Shown: positions 15,001 to 27,765 of the stretch, one piece after another | Layout: each line of letters starts with the position of its first letter | Position numbering within the stretch: position 1 is the stretch's first letter | DNA from: Eledone cirrhosa | Lineage: Eukaryota | Length of the DNA stretch: 64,000 nucleotides | NCBI GenBank assembly: GCA_964016885.1 | Contig: OZ024740.1 | Coordinates: 331,762,001-331,826,000, forward strand | Direction of reading: 5' to 3' | Position numbers and translations under genes: made by a program | The notes under the pieces: generated by a model | What the model saw: only the letters and a program-made list of their open reading frames with translations | Databases searched by the model: none | Told to the model about the DNA's origin: nothing

Positions 15001-15809
15001 CATATGTTCTTCTTTAAAACGGAGACTGTGATTTGAAAAACATAAAATCGAGAGAAAAAGTTCTCTCACTCATTGGAATGTAATATGCATGAATCTTTTC
15101 TATATAATTCATACGAAGCTGTAGGTTTCATGAAAACTATCACACGCGAAGAAAGTGTCGTTAGAATAATATCCACGAAACCATTATAATTATTGGTATG
15201 TGTGGATATGTATGTGCACATATATCAGTGTATATGTATGTGTATATATGTATATATATGTGCGTGCGACGAATACAATAGAGCAAAGATGAAAACCAGA
15301 TTGCATTCAGGGTATAGAAGAAACTGAACTATATAGGAACATTTTTCAAGATTTATTCTGGAGAAAGACATTGTAACCATTTTTTTCACAAGATCTCTCC
15401 TCAGCTGAGAACAACACGGCTAATGTTCTTTTAACCAAATGCATGGGCTGAGAAAATTATAGAACATGTTCTCTGGAAAGAAAGATTAGACAAATGTGTT
15501 TAGTGATGAAAGATATATTATATGAAGGATGACAGAAAAGGAGATGAATGATTTGGTGAGCCTGGGTGTAGGTGGCACGAGACGAAGCAGATTACACTCC
15601 TTTATGAAGGGCCTCACAACTGTCAACTACATTAAACAGCACTTTAAATACAATACTATCTAACCAAAAATGAGCAACAAAAACGTAATACGAAGGGAAG
15701 TAATATTATCCAACCGTTTATACGTGGATTTATTATATAGTTGCATTAAATACAGAAGAGCGAACAAGCTAGTCAATTAGTGAAATTTATATACATATAT
15801 ATATATATA

Positions 15810-15878
15810 GGAACCCCTTAAGTATTGAGTACTTTGGTGCGTTATGGTCCACCTGGTTCCTTACCACATTTCCTTCGT
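15810..15878 (+). repeat. short dispersed repeat within (TA)n; same sequence as the tail at 38860-38937
   Basis: AAGTAT(T/C)GAGTACT(T/C)TGGTGCGTTATGGTCCACCTGGT..CTTACCACA is present at both loci. Confidence 0.8.
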
Positions 15879-15887
15879 TATATATAT

Positions 15888-16050
15888 ATATATTTGAAGA
15901 AAAGGAAAAGAATGACTTCAATTGTAGTGTTAACAACATTTTTGGTTTAATATTATAATATTATAATATTATAACATTAAATCCAAAAAAGTGAAGTCAT
16001 TATTTTCCTTTTTCAAATATATCTAACTGTACCAAAGATCTCACATACTT

Positions 16051-16055
<5 letters not shown>
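15888..16055. mobile_element. fold-back (hairpin plus tail) micro-insertion in (TA)n, probably PLE-derived
   Basis: ATATTTGAA..AAAGGAAAA.AATGACTTCA...TTTTTGG.TTAAT pairs with ATTAAATCCAAAAAAGTGAAGTCATTATTTTCCTTTTTCAAATAT. Unpaired tail at about 16023-16055. Confidence 0.6.
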
Positions 16056-16089
<34 letters not shown>

Positions 16090-16091
<2 letters not shown>

Positions 16092-16380
16092 AATATAAAT
16101 TAGCGAGAATCGTATTTCAGCTTAGGAATTAACGAAATACAACTTCCGAGATGTGTGGCAAGCGCTCAATGATTCAGATGAACCAGAGGAGCTACAACAT
16201 ACGTTAAAGGCCAAACACACTGAGAGGATGGTTAAACAATCATCCGCACAGCCATAGAAATGACCAAGTAATTCGGGTCAAACAAATAAAAGTATATGTG
16301 ATTGAAATTTTACCCGGACCCCTGGATGGTTGGTAAAATCGAGCATTTTGGATTTCTGCGACTCCTAAATTAAGTACTGT

Positions 16381-16382
<2 letters not shown>
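16090..16382 (+). mobile_element. insert between (TA)n tracts, pLTR-like, with a degenerate hammerhead-like motif
   Basis: CTGAGA-GGATGGTT(AAAC)AATCATCC-GCAC at 16220-16249, followed by AATAAA. The catalytic core is not intact. Confidence 0.35.
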
Positions 16383-16444
<62 letters not shown>

Positions 16445-18068
16445 GAGAGAGAGAGAGAGAGAGTGTGTGTGTGTGTGTGTATGTGAGAGAGATAGAGACA
16501 GAAGATAGATAGATTCTTACAGAAACGACCGTTAAGTCATAAATGGATGTTATACTTGACATGCCATATTTCTTTTATTATTCTCTGCCATTGCATCTTC
16601 CTAAATAATCACATAAAATTGTGTTCCTGGATTTACAATACTAATGGAATATATTATGTTATTCCCTCTGTTATACACTACCTCCATTTCATCTCGTGAA
16701 CTAGGTGATCATATCGAATGCTGAATGAGATTTATGCCCAGATTATCGCTTAATAAATAAAGAAAAGGAATAAAGATATATGTGACCTGAAATCTTTAAA
16801 TCCCTCCCCGACATATACACATAGCCTGGTATTTCCACGTGTTCCTGACCTCAATGTGATATATAACTCTCATTATTACTCCTCTTCCAAATGAATGTAC
16901 ACTGTATTGGCTAAAGTTTTTATTACATGAAACAGATATTACATATATGAAAAAAGGAAAAGGATTCGGTCGTCAGATCGAACCAATGAATTTATGTTCC
17001 CATTGGCCTTTCCGTTGATGGTAATATGTACAGTTCACACGCCCTGATAGAATGAGTTGGGATTTAAGGAAAGAACCCATAGAATTGGTTCATTTAACGC
17101 ATAGCTCTTTACCAATTCAGACAATTCAATGGTACACGATTTATATTCCATAAAAACGAGCAAAGGCGTTGTTCGCCACAGTATGATTTGAAATCAGAGC
17201 ACAATAAACGGGAATAAATACCAAGGCATCTGATTTAGGTATTTGGCAGTTCGCCGCTGAATTAAATACAGAAACCATTGTAATCAATCAAATTCTTTCC
17301 TAACAACCACGAATGTTCAATACACTGACAAGAGTGGCGTCAGTTGAAAATGCTTCCCGTTAAGTGATCAGCGATGACCTGAAATTATTAGTATTAAAGC
17401 AGACAAGCCTATATATTGGAAATATTTCTGTTTCCAGTTTGACAGATTTACGTGTTTAATAGTATCATATATCATCTTAGAAAACTTTGCTTTGAAATCA
17501 TATTTTCAATGCACTCAGATTCACATACATCATGCATAGAAGCATACACTAACACACCTATGTACGTACTAATGCATTTTAATGGGGTATTTCTGATATT
17601 AATCTTACAGCAAATATTTGTAGGCAGTGAGCAGCCGTATAGTCCCACTAATTGCATTGATAATATATTTACGATGCTTGTGTTTTTTTATTAGTGAATA
17701 AACAAGCTAATTATACATTGGGTCATTTCCATAATTGTTTAACTCTTCTCACCTATTGAATGGAAAACTCCAAGGAAACAATATCTTTATCATGTAGGAA
17801 ACGAAAGATTACGCCAACGGGGTATTATTTGTAGAGGAATATGTATTCACCGACCAGTTTGTTGAATGAAACGTGAGAGTGACGAGCTTGTTTCAAGTGA
17901 ATGGGCCTATTCTGAGTATACGCATGCAGATTTGTGGAGGGAACCTGGGAGGGGGCACTTACCCTAGTGGATAGGGTGTTTGTGATCTATTTTTGTGGGC
18001 TTTCCCCTTTAAAATATGTGTTATGTTTGATATTTTGAATGTTTATTTTTTAGTCTTTGATACACAAA

Positions 18069-18215
18069 ATGTTCTGAGTTCAAATCTCGCCGAAGTAGGC
18101 TTTGCCTTTCATCCTTACGGGTTCGATAATATCAAGTACCATTAACTCCCTAAGGTGGAGGTAATTGACTTTCCTATCCTCAAATATTGTTGGCCTTGTG
18201 CCTAAATTATTATTA
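18069..18215 (+). mobile_element. tRNA-derived SINE (family A-related), 5'-truncated
   Basis: CTGAGTTCAAATCTCGCCGAAG..CTTTGCCTTTCATCCTTACGGG..TGGCCTTGTGCCTAAA. Confidence 0.8.
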
Positions 18216-18888
18216 GTGGTTGTATATTTAGTTGGCTATTACTCGAATTTCAGCTGTCAGTGTTGATGTTAGTTTAAGCGAGACAATTTATAGAGAACAG
18301 CTTTATTTAGATGAGGTGCCAGTGAGAGAAGATGTGTTTCAAAAGTAAATGAATCGTGTGTTTTAAATAAGGGGAGTGTAGTCATTGTTTAGATTGCAGT
18401 AAATATGCAAATTGAACTTTGGATCGTAATGAGCAGTGTTGAAATTAACATGCAAATAAAATAAAATTCTGGTGTTTGAGGAATGGAAAGCTGTGTTCTT
18501 AAAATGCTTGGCAAGCTGCATGATATGTGTGGGAGAAGAATAAAAATGGGTTGGAAATATGTTTCAGGCTGGTTGTCATGTTTTTCTCAATGTTTTTTTT
18601 TTATATTCGGGTGTGGGCGAGTTTTTTGGATTTTTTATGTCTCTCTTAGAAAAGTACTGGTATCCAAAATGTTAAGACATATTCTTTCCTTTTAAGCGCT
18701 ATGCTAATTTAGTGTTATTGGAATATTATTTGATGTATTTCATTGCTACGTTTGTGTAACTAACACACAATTGTTAGGTTTTTGCATATATCATTTTTTT
18801 TTCTGTTACCGCTTTTGCATTATCTGTAACGCGCGCGTTTTCTTCTTCTTTTTAGAGTTATTCAGTATATATATATATATATATATAT

Positions 18889-19270
18889 CCAGGGAGTGTA
18901 ACGCAGAGTTACTGTAGGTTCACCCGGGTGAGCATTCGATGTTTAGGTTCAAGTCGATATCGAGGTGTAGAGTTAGACAGAGTGTAGTATAATAAAACAA
19001 GGACGCGCGTTTCGCTATTGATCAGCTGAAGGTTCCATCTGTATCGATCTAGCCCGACTCTCTCATCAATGGCTCGTCGGACCTCTGTGGCAGTAATGAC
19101 ATTATTCTGTCATTGCTATCACAGAGATCCGATGAGCCATTGATTACAGAGTTGGGCTAGATCGATGCATATCGGACCTTGAGCTGATCAATAGCGAAAC
19201 GGGCGTCAACAACCAATAAACGTAATTGTTTTAATATATATATATATACATTAAACGCAATTGTTTTATT
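18889..19270. mobile_element. fold-back element: ~100-bp-arm palindrome (19002-19207) with a left-hand tail, in (TA)n; PLE pLTR-like
   Basis: GACGCGCGTTTCGCTATTGATCAGCT...AATGACA(TTATTC)TGTCATT...AGCTGATCAATAGCGAAACGGGCGTC. The arm ends resemble a minimal hammerhead 3' half (GAAACGCGCGTC) followed by AATAAA. Confidence 0.75.
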
Positions 19271-19279
19271 ATATATATA

Positions 19280-19650
19280 TATTAAAATAACAGATTAAAG
19301 TTTAAGCAAAGAATCGCTGCTTTCAACCTTAACGGGATCTTCTGAAACTAAAAAAGTCAATCTGTGAACGCAGAAGTAAATATTTCGAAAAACATTGCAA
19401 CCGCAGGAAAACAGGAAGACGATACTTTGGTTCGTGGAGAAGTTCCCTGGCAATGAACGGGGAAAAAGCGAAGATAATACGTCATTATGTGGAGCGTAGA
19501 GAACAATTACACGCAAAGACAAAACCACGTTTATGGTATAAATGAAGTCGTAGACTAATATTCTATTTAGGAAACCGAATGATTCTCGGCTTCAGAGTTA
19601 ATAATAATGTAAATAAATTAGTAGAACGACAATGACAGAGGTTATTAAAA
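19280..19650 (+). repeat. unclassified dispersed repeat (family B)
   Basis: About 19358-19650 is the reverse complement of about 23305-23586. The first ~45 bp recur at 42789-42833. Confidence 0.8.
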
Positions 19651-19837
19651 TAATTGTTTCTACGTTTGGCACAAGGCCAGCAATTACTAAGTGCATTACT
19701 GGTACTTTATTTTATCGACCCTGTAAGGATGAAAGGCAAAGTTAACCTCGGCGGGATTTGAACTCAGAATGCAAGGGCCGTAACTCTATACGTCAAAACA
19801 TGGCGTCCGACCTTCTACCAATACTACCAATCTACCG
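19651..19837 (-). mobile_element. tRNA-derived SINE (family A)
   Basis: Reverse complement of the family A sequence, full length. Confidence 0.9.
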
Positions 19838-19904
19838 TAAAATAATAATAATCAAATATATACATACACGCATCCACATATGTACATACCCTGACTTATA
19901 TTCA

Positions 19905-20750
19905 TCATGCAGAAACAACATCTGAATATTTCTACAAAGAACATACCCGTACCAACGAGGAAGACATACCTAAAACTCCTGATACAGAAAACGAACTCGT
20001 TCATTAAAAGGTTGCGTTAGCGTGCCATTTATTTCGATAATCAGGAAAAAGTGGACATTAAAAAGAATAAATTTGTGTTTAAAACTTACCCTCCGAGTAA
20101 CCCAGCATTGTTACCCTTCAAAATCCATGTCTTGGAACTCATACGGAGTATCAAATTTCGGAATAGGAGCAATACCTCCCAGCAGGATCTAAAGAATAGA
20201 CTTCGTTCTATTAAGGATTCTAAGGCCCTGCACATCCACTCCGACACAAAACCGGCAATCTATATCAAGTGAAGCGCAGTATTTACCATCAACTGCTACA
20301 TAATGCTGTAAGTAAGGATTAGCGGAAAACTAATCGAAGTGTCATTAATGACATCAACATGCTGGGTTTAAAATTACCTCTGAACTCAACAGGACCGGAC
20401 TGAACCTCTGGACCCTATTCCTCCCCACTTCACCCTGAAGGGTCACAAAACCAATTTCGCCAATAACCCCTCTACTCGGCTTATTAACCCTACGAAATCC
20501 GATTTAGGTAGACTTAGTAAAAGGATTTTAGATAGAATTATACCTGAAATTAGAAGCTTGGCCCCTCTTGCACTGTGGAATAATTGTTTCGCCGTGATGG
20601 ATTGGTTCAATGGCATATGCAACAAGGAACATTGCCGTTTTATCCAATTCGACATCAATAAATACTACTCCTCCAGCATTTTACCACTTCTTCTTAGAGC
20701 TATCAGTTTCACTAAAACGCTCACGGTGGTTAAGGAAGAAGAGACAGTAC
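19905..20750 (+). pseudogene. decayed Penelope-like RT fragment, Naiad/Chlamys-type (N-terminus to RT motif A)
   Basis: Frameshifted translation: YSTKNIPVP..., NSFIKRLR, FKTYPP..., ELIRSIKFR, TLKGHKTNFANNPSTRLINPTKSDLGRLSKRILDRI, VMDWFNGI..K..CRFIQFDINKYYSSI. The K(D)HK..F...RLINP.KS..G..SK signature is typical of this PLE group. Confidence 0.8.
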
Positions 20751-22286
20751 TCGTGAGCATCGCTGGCTCGCTGGCTCAAAAGACATCTGTAAAGTCGATG
20801 CCTGCAGGGAAGTCCTGAGCAGTGAGGAAATTATTGGAGGTTGACGATCTGGAAAGGACTTGCTGGGGCATGTTTAATATAGATTCATGGAATGGTTAAA
20901 AATGAATACCATCAGTGAAGAAAGGTCAGAGGTGTGTCTCATATGTGCTAGAATGCAAATAACACGAGAACAGTTAGCTTTTCGTATCAGAGACCCTTGT
21001 AGTCTTGAGAGAAAATGAAGACAGGAAACTGTATTTTTCCGATTCTGTATTAATTCATTGAGTGAGCTTCTTCTGAATACGGTTTGTGCTCTCTCTGTGT
21101 GCAGTAGCAGTACCGTTCCTGATGCCAGAGTATTATTCCGTAACTAATCACAATTTTCTTCCTCAGAAAAGTAAGGGCCATCTTTACCTAATCCACTTTA
21201 ATATTACTTAATAATCTAAATGTACATTCTGCATTTGGTAGGATGTTACATATTTATTTTTATATGTGCCAAATGTTAAATCTACTGAATGTGTTGTGTA
21301 GCCCATCATTTCCAAATTCGTAAGCCTTTAGTATCTCTACTTTAATTTTAATCACTTTTGACACCTTATAATCTTTATTTGTAGATTTTATTGCAATAAA
21401 TTCATTCTCACAGTATCTCTCGCAACTAGAGATTTTTAAATTTTATATCGTTAACTTTTGATTATTTAAAACAATTCCCTTGTTCCAACAATAACAACTC
21501 TCAGATTACTTCCGTAAACAAAGTAGCTAAGACAAGGTTATTCTCAGATATAGACGTTTTTTCTTCATCTTTTCGTACAAATAATGATGTGTACGAATAT
21601 AGGAAGGTGCAATCCTATCAAATGTGTTCATCCCCACCTTTTCTTCAAAGCTAGTGTTTAGATATATATAAACCGACAGCTGAGCTCCGACCGTTTCGAC
21701 AGCTAGATCCGAACTAACTCAGCAGTATTTCAACGGCGGGAATCTGGTTGAATTTATCAAGGGGTTACAGTTCATATATGGGCATGCAGTCAAAGAAAGA
21801 AAAACAGAAATATCAAATCAAACAATCCTAAAAATGTGTTGTTTTTCTTGTCTGTCACGGGGTATGGTCAATGATTTGGGGATGCCATGTACATGGTTAA
21901 ATTCCTTCATAGGAAGAGCCTTAAACATCTCGAAACAAAAATGTAAGAATGCTACATACAGTTGAACATATATAATCTGTACAGGAAGGAATAGAAACCG
22001 TTGTGAAAAACGATTCTAAAACTACTGATAAGTTTCAAAACGTCAGTACGTTAAGATAGATATATATATAAAAGGCAAAGGATGGCAAATGTGGATGTAC
22101 GAGGCATAATAGTAATGGCTTGGACGTAGGCTCACAATGACGTGTGTTCGATTCTTGGACTAATTTGTTGTTTTGTTGTGTACTTGCGCAGCACATCTAA
22201 ACTATAATAAAGGAAGCCCTGCGGGACTGCGTACGGTTTTTTTTTTTATCCCATTTATAAAATAAGTTAGATTACTTTGAATAAAT

Positions 22287-22454
22287 AATTGTTTCTAGTT
22301 TTGGCATAAGGCTAGCAATTACTGGTACTTTATTTTATCGACCCCGTAAGGATGAAAGGCAAAGTTAACCTCGGCGGGATTTGAACTCAGAATGGCAAGG
22401 GCCATAACCCTATGCGTCAAAGTATGGCGTCCGACCCTCTATCGATACTGCCAA
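22287..22454 (-). mobile_element. tRNA-derived SINE (family A)
   Basis: Reverse complement of family A with a small internal deletion near its 3' end. Confidence 0.88.
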
Positions 22455-22699
22455 AATGAATGAATATTACATAATGTATCTACTAAATTTCGTAAACAAA
22501 AAATATCGTAAAAATAAATAATTTGAAATTGACTTATTTTCAAGTTGCACTTCCTGTATATCGTTGTCACCACCACCACTTCAACTACCATATATATAGA
22601 AAGAGAGGAGAGTGTGTGATGACAACACTTCCGGTGGTGACTTAAATAAACATACTAATTTTCTTTCACTAATTTTCTCCTAATGAGGTTTATATATAA

Positions 22700-23145
22700 C
22701 TAGCAGAGGTACCCGGCGTTGCTCGGATATTAAATAGCAATTGTGTATACCATTTATGTCAATAGTTCAGTGCTGCTTCGAAAACTATACTTTTACAAAA
22801 TCATCGGCTTTTTCCAAAGGGGGGTTACTGCCCCCAGGGGTCCCCTACTCAATATGTGCCAATTCTTAGAGTTCACATTCATCCGTAGGACAAACGTAGC
22901 CCATGTGTCAAGTTTTGTGAAAATCGGTTGCGAACTCCAGAAGTTATGACGTTTTGTTGCATTGCACTGCAGGGCTTCAGTCGACTCCAAGGAAGTGGTT
23001 AAAGTGGTTAAAGGGGTTATCTGCCGGGGGGCCCTATAATCAATATCTGGACAAATGACAGTGCCCATGACCATCCGGAGTACATAAGTAACCTATGTCT
23101 TAAGTTTGGTGAAAATACTGTAGAAATGCATAAGTTTTATATTAT
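22700..23145 (-). mobile_element. non-autonomous Helitron
   Basis: The minus strand ends CCGAGCAACGCCGGGTACCTCTGCTAG|T (subterminal GC hairpin plus CTAG), the same type of end as 32875-32900. The 5' end is TATAATATAAAAC-like and decayed. Confidence 0.75.
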
Positions 23146-23161
23146 ACATACGCGCGTGCGT

Positions 23162-23218
<57 letters not shown>

Positions 23219-23264
23219 TGTATGTATTTGTGTGTGCGTATGTATGTGTATGTCCGTCGGGGCA

Positions 23265-23765
23265 TACGTATGTACTGGCCTAAATCTTCACTATTTACTT
23301 TTACTATTTTAACAACCTCTGTCATTTTCGTTTCAATTTTATTTACATCATTCTTAAACTCCGGGGCTGGAAATCATTCTGTTATTTTGTCTAACGACTC
23401 CATTTATACCCAAAACTTGTTCTTGTCTTTGCATGAAATTGTTCTTTACGCTCCACATAACGACGTATTATCCTCGCTTATTTCCCGTTCATTGCCAGGG
23501 AACGTCTTTTCGAACCAAAATATCGTCTTCCTGTTTTCGTTCGGTTGCAACGTTTCTCGAAATAATTACTTCTGCGTTCACAGATTACTCTCAGTTCAAT
23601 TTGAATGGGAAATTCCTGTTTCATCGATTTTCTCCGTAACCATGGAACATTGTAGCTTGAAAGTCGACCCAACGCCTCCTCGGGTCATTCTGTATAACTG
23701 TGTAAATTTTTGCTGCATTCAACGTCCGACCACTTCCAATTTATATAGTAGATTTGTTTATATAT
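23265..23765 (-). repeat. unclassified dispersed repeat (family B), longer copy
   Basis: Inverted relative to 19358-19650. The two ORF-track peptides share VLYAPHNDVLSSL..RSLPGN...FCVHRL. Confidence 0.8.
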
Positions 23766-23864
23766 GAATGACAAAAAGAAAAGTACAAAACTATACATGA
23801 ATTGTTTCTACTAAACCTTCAATTTAAGACACAACCTACATATTTGATAGGACTCCAGCTCACA

Positions 23865-23990
23865 CCATCATCTTCTTCTTCTTCTTCTTCTTCTTTTGCT
23901 CCCCCTGGAACATTGGGCTGCGAGCCACCCCCACACAACGCCATGTTCTGAGTCTGCTTTTCAACTCCACCGTGATGCACGGTGCGTCAT
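23865..23990 (-). mobile_element. 3' end of an RTE-like LINE with an (AAG)n tail
   Basis: The minus strand reads ...AGAACATGGCGT...GCAGCCCAATGTTCCAGGGGGAGCAAAAGAAGAAGAAG, resembling RTE 3' termini. Confidence 0.5.
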
Positions 23991-25659
23991 GGTGTATCTA
24001 ACCATTTTTTAGGTCTTACTACGGCTGATTTCTTCCAGAGAGAAAGAAAGAGATGGAAAAATGCGGAGAAGATTCATCCCCGAAGGAATAATAAAAAATG
24101 TTTACACTGCACATTTCATTCTTTCAAAGCTAAAGCTGCCGATCCAAAATCAGTAATTCAACTCCCTGAAAACTTTCAAATATATGCTGTTCTAGCATGA
24201 ATATTATGCTAAGGATAAGCTGTGCACAAAGTAAGATTTACTTACATATCCCCGCTCATATAAACACATAAATACATGCATACATACATTACGGTTGATT
24301 TTTTTTATATATATATATAGTGACGAAACATAAGTCAATTGCATGAACTCTTAATCCTTTATTTACTGCTTTATTTGTATGAAATTATAAATAAGACAAA
24401 AGTATTAGAACAGGGGGAAATAACTCACCGAACGCGATAGTTTTGGGGCCCCAGTGACCACATTTTTCAAGTTAGAGATTTGAAACTTCGTCTATTTGTT
24501 TCCTTGGCACTTTTTACATAGGTGTTTAAATGTTCATGTCAGTCCGACCACCTCTATTACCATTTAACCGTGCACATTTGAATTTCAACCACCGCCCATT
24601 TCACAAATATATATTAGATATCGTTTTTTTTTTAATGTTTCATGGATTACGTTACTGATTACAGAAGACAGTGTAACAACGTCTTCGTTCAATTTCTGTT
24701 TATATTGTCAATTACGATTTTATTTGATGTATCATATCTACATGTATATATATTTGCGTATAATATTAATATACACACTACACATCATTGCCTCTTTTCA
24801 AATGTGTAAAGGAACGTTTCCAAACAAAAATGAACGAAATATGTTTTCCATAACTTGTCTATATGCCTGAAATACGTGGGCAATTTTAGAATCATGATCC
24901 AATTACATCAAAAGAAAAGAATACAAATAATAGATTAGAAATGCTCGAAGCAGATTGGATTCTATGACGAATTTACCCCTGCGTATTTCAGACACATAGA
25001 CCAGTTAACGAAATACACATCGAACATTCGTTTTTATTTGAACCCTTTCCGTTTCCTGTTTGTAAAGAGTGTAATAACCCTGAAATATTATGTTGAAATA
25101 TTCTGGGTAAAAACATTACTTTATTCTGGTTATTTGTCATCTTTTGCCCTTTATATATATTTAGCGCTTTCGGAAATTCTCAGTTATTATTTGCATATCA
25201 CACAATGCTTCCTATATTACTACTAAACTCTTTTAAGCAATACTCCAGTAAAATATCGCGTTTATGAGTTGGTATACGATGAAAAGATTAACATTTCAGA
25301 AGTTCAAACGTTTAAAATTTTATCCAATTGGGATAGTCAGACTTCATAAAATTTAGGATCATCATTGCCTATTTAAATAGCTACAGAATCAATAAAAATG
25401 CATTGTTAGTGAACCTCCCTTCACTACATAGCTTAAATCTGAAATGGACTGGTTGAGAACAATTCCATTCCCCATAATAATATTACGTCATGGGTTCGTG
25501 TTAAACTAGACCATAGCGTGATATGAATCTAGAACGCAGTGCGAAATTCGGTAGTACGTAATTAAAGAAAATGCAATTTTAAATGAAAGTGAAAGAAAAA
25601 CCATCCTTTGAAAGAGAGACTGAGGTGATTGAATGGAAGAAAGACGTAGTAATGAAAGT

Positions 25660-27385
25660 GGAAGCGGATTAAAAACACTACGTATTAGTGCCGGATTAAA
25701 AATGATAAGTTTGAAAGCCGGATTTTTAAAAAAATGATCAGTGCCGGATTAAAAATATTAAGTTAAATTCCAGGTTGAAAAACACTAATGATCAGCACCG
25801 GATTAAAAATAATAAGGGTCAGTGCCGGATTAAAACCAATAAGGACAAGATACCAGATTAAAAGTAATAAGGATCAGTGACGGAGTAAAAACAATAAGGG
25901 TCAGTGTCGGATTAAAGTTAATAAGGATAAGAGCCGGATTAAAAATAATAAGGATCAGTGACGGATAAAAAATAATAAGGAATAGTGACCGATTAAAAAT
26001 GATAAGGGTCAGTGCCAGATTAAAAACAATAAAAGTCAGTATCGGATTAAAAACACAAATGATCAGTGCCGGATTAAAAATAATAAGGCTCAGCGCCGGA
26101 TTAAACATAACACGGATCAGTGACGGATTAAAAACACTATGGCTTAGTGCCGGATTAAAAGACTAATGATTTTTACAAGGATAAATGCCGAATCAAAAAT
26201 AATAAGATTCAGTGACGAATTATATATAATAAGGGTCAGTACCGGATTAAAAACACTACGGATTAGTGCTGGATTAAAAATAACAAGTTTGAGTGCCGGA
26301 TTAAACACACTAATGATCAGTGCCGGATTAAAAATAAGGATTAGTGACGGATTGAAAATGATAAGGATTAGTGACGGATTAAAAATTATAAGAGTCACTG
26401 TCGGATTAAAAAATATTATAGATTAGTGCCGGATTACAAGGTGTCGGTGCTAATTTAAAAAACAAAAGATCAGTGCCGGATTAAAAATAATAAGGGGGAT
26501 AACTTCCGGATTAAACATAAGACGGATCAGTGACGGATTAAAAACACAATGTATTACTGTCGGATAAAAATGTGTTAGTGCCGGATTAAAAGTCTAAAGA
26601 TCAGTGCCAGATAAAAATTAATAAGGATAAGTGCAGGATCAAAACTAGTAAGGATCAGTGACGGATTAAAAACACTATGGATTAGTGCTGGATTAAAAAT
26701 AACAAGTTGAACTGGCGGATTACAGACACTAATGATCAGTGCCGGATTAAAATTAATAAGGGTCAGAGTCGGATTAAAAAAACATAAGGATATGTGCTGG
26801 ATTGAAGATATTAAGTGTCAGTGCTGGGTTTGAACAGGTAAGGTTCAGTGCCGGATTAAAAATAAAATATTTGAGTGATGGATTAAAAGGTGTCAGTGCC
26901 GGATTAAAAACACTAATAATCACTGAAAATAATATGCGTCAGTGCCGGATTAAAACACTTGGGAGTAGTGCCACATTAAAAATAAGGAACATCACTGCCG
27001 GATTAAAAATAATAACGATTAGTACCGGATTAGAAATAATTAGGATCAGTGCCGGATTAAAAATAATAAATTTGAGTGCCGGAGTAAAACACTGTGGATT
27101 AAAAATGTGTTGGATTAAATGTGCTGGATTAAAAATAAGGGTCAGTGCTGGATTTAAACAAATAAGGATACTAGTGCCGGATTAAAAAACCATCGAATAG
27201 TGCCCCATAAAAAAAAAGATCAGTGCCGGATTAAAAACAATAAGTGTCAATTGCGGATTAGTACCGGACTGAAAAAAGGGTCAGTGCCTGATTAAAAATA
27301 ATAATGCTCAGTGCCGGATTAAAAACACTACAGATCAATGTCGGAATAAAGGTACCAAAGATCGATGCCGGATTAAAGACACTTG
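25660..27385. repeat. 27-bp minisatellite/satellite array, about 60 diverged monomers, consensus approx. AATAATAAGGATCAGTGCCGGATTAAA
   Basis: (CAGTG)CCGGATTAAAA recurs at ~27-bp spacing. It produces the FNPALILII / ISAGLKII ORFs. Confidence 0.95.
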
Positions 27386-27729
27386 CAACAATTACCAATT
27401 GTCGAACAGCTTGCCTTTCTGGACCATCTCTGAGTTCTCAGTATACGTAATCTTTGTGCTTCCATCCCATGTCTCCTTTGACAGGTCTTAGGCCATCGCC
27501 ATTTCTTACAGCGTTGCATAGAGACTGCAATATATGTTTCGTCCCCTTCTATCCCGTGTGAAAGACTACGCAGTAGGGATGCATTTACAGTTTATACACA
27601 TATTGCAGTATGCTGGTGGTTATCTTCAAGATATTTCTTTCACACACCTTACATACAAACACTATATTGTCAAATTTTCTTTTTCTTTTTCAGTAACGCG
27701 CTACTATAGTATAGTACACACGCACACAC

Positions 27730-27765
<36 letters not shown>

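Noticed and set aside
23126-23767. 213-aa ORF as a membrane-protein gene
   Set aside because: It starts in a (TG)n tract and runs through dispersed repeat family B, whose second copy does not keep a comparable ORF.
25660-27385. CRISPR-like or repeat-protein interpretation of the 27-bp array
   Set aside because: There are no unique spacers, no cas genes and the context is eukaryotic. The ORFs arise because 27 is a multiple of 3, and they are broken by indels.
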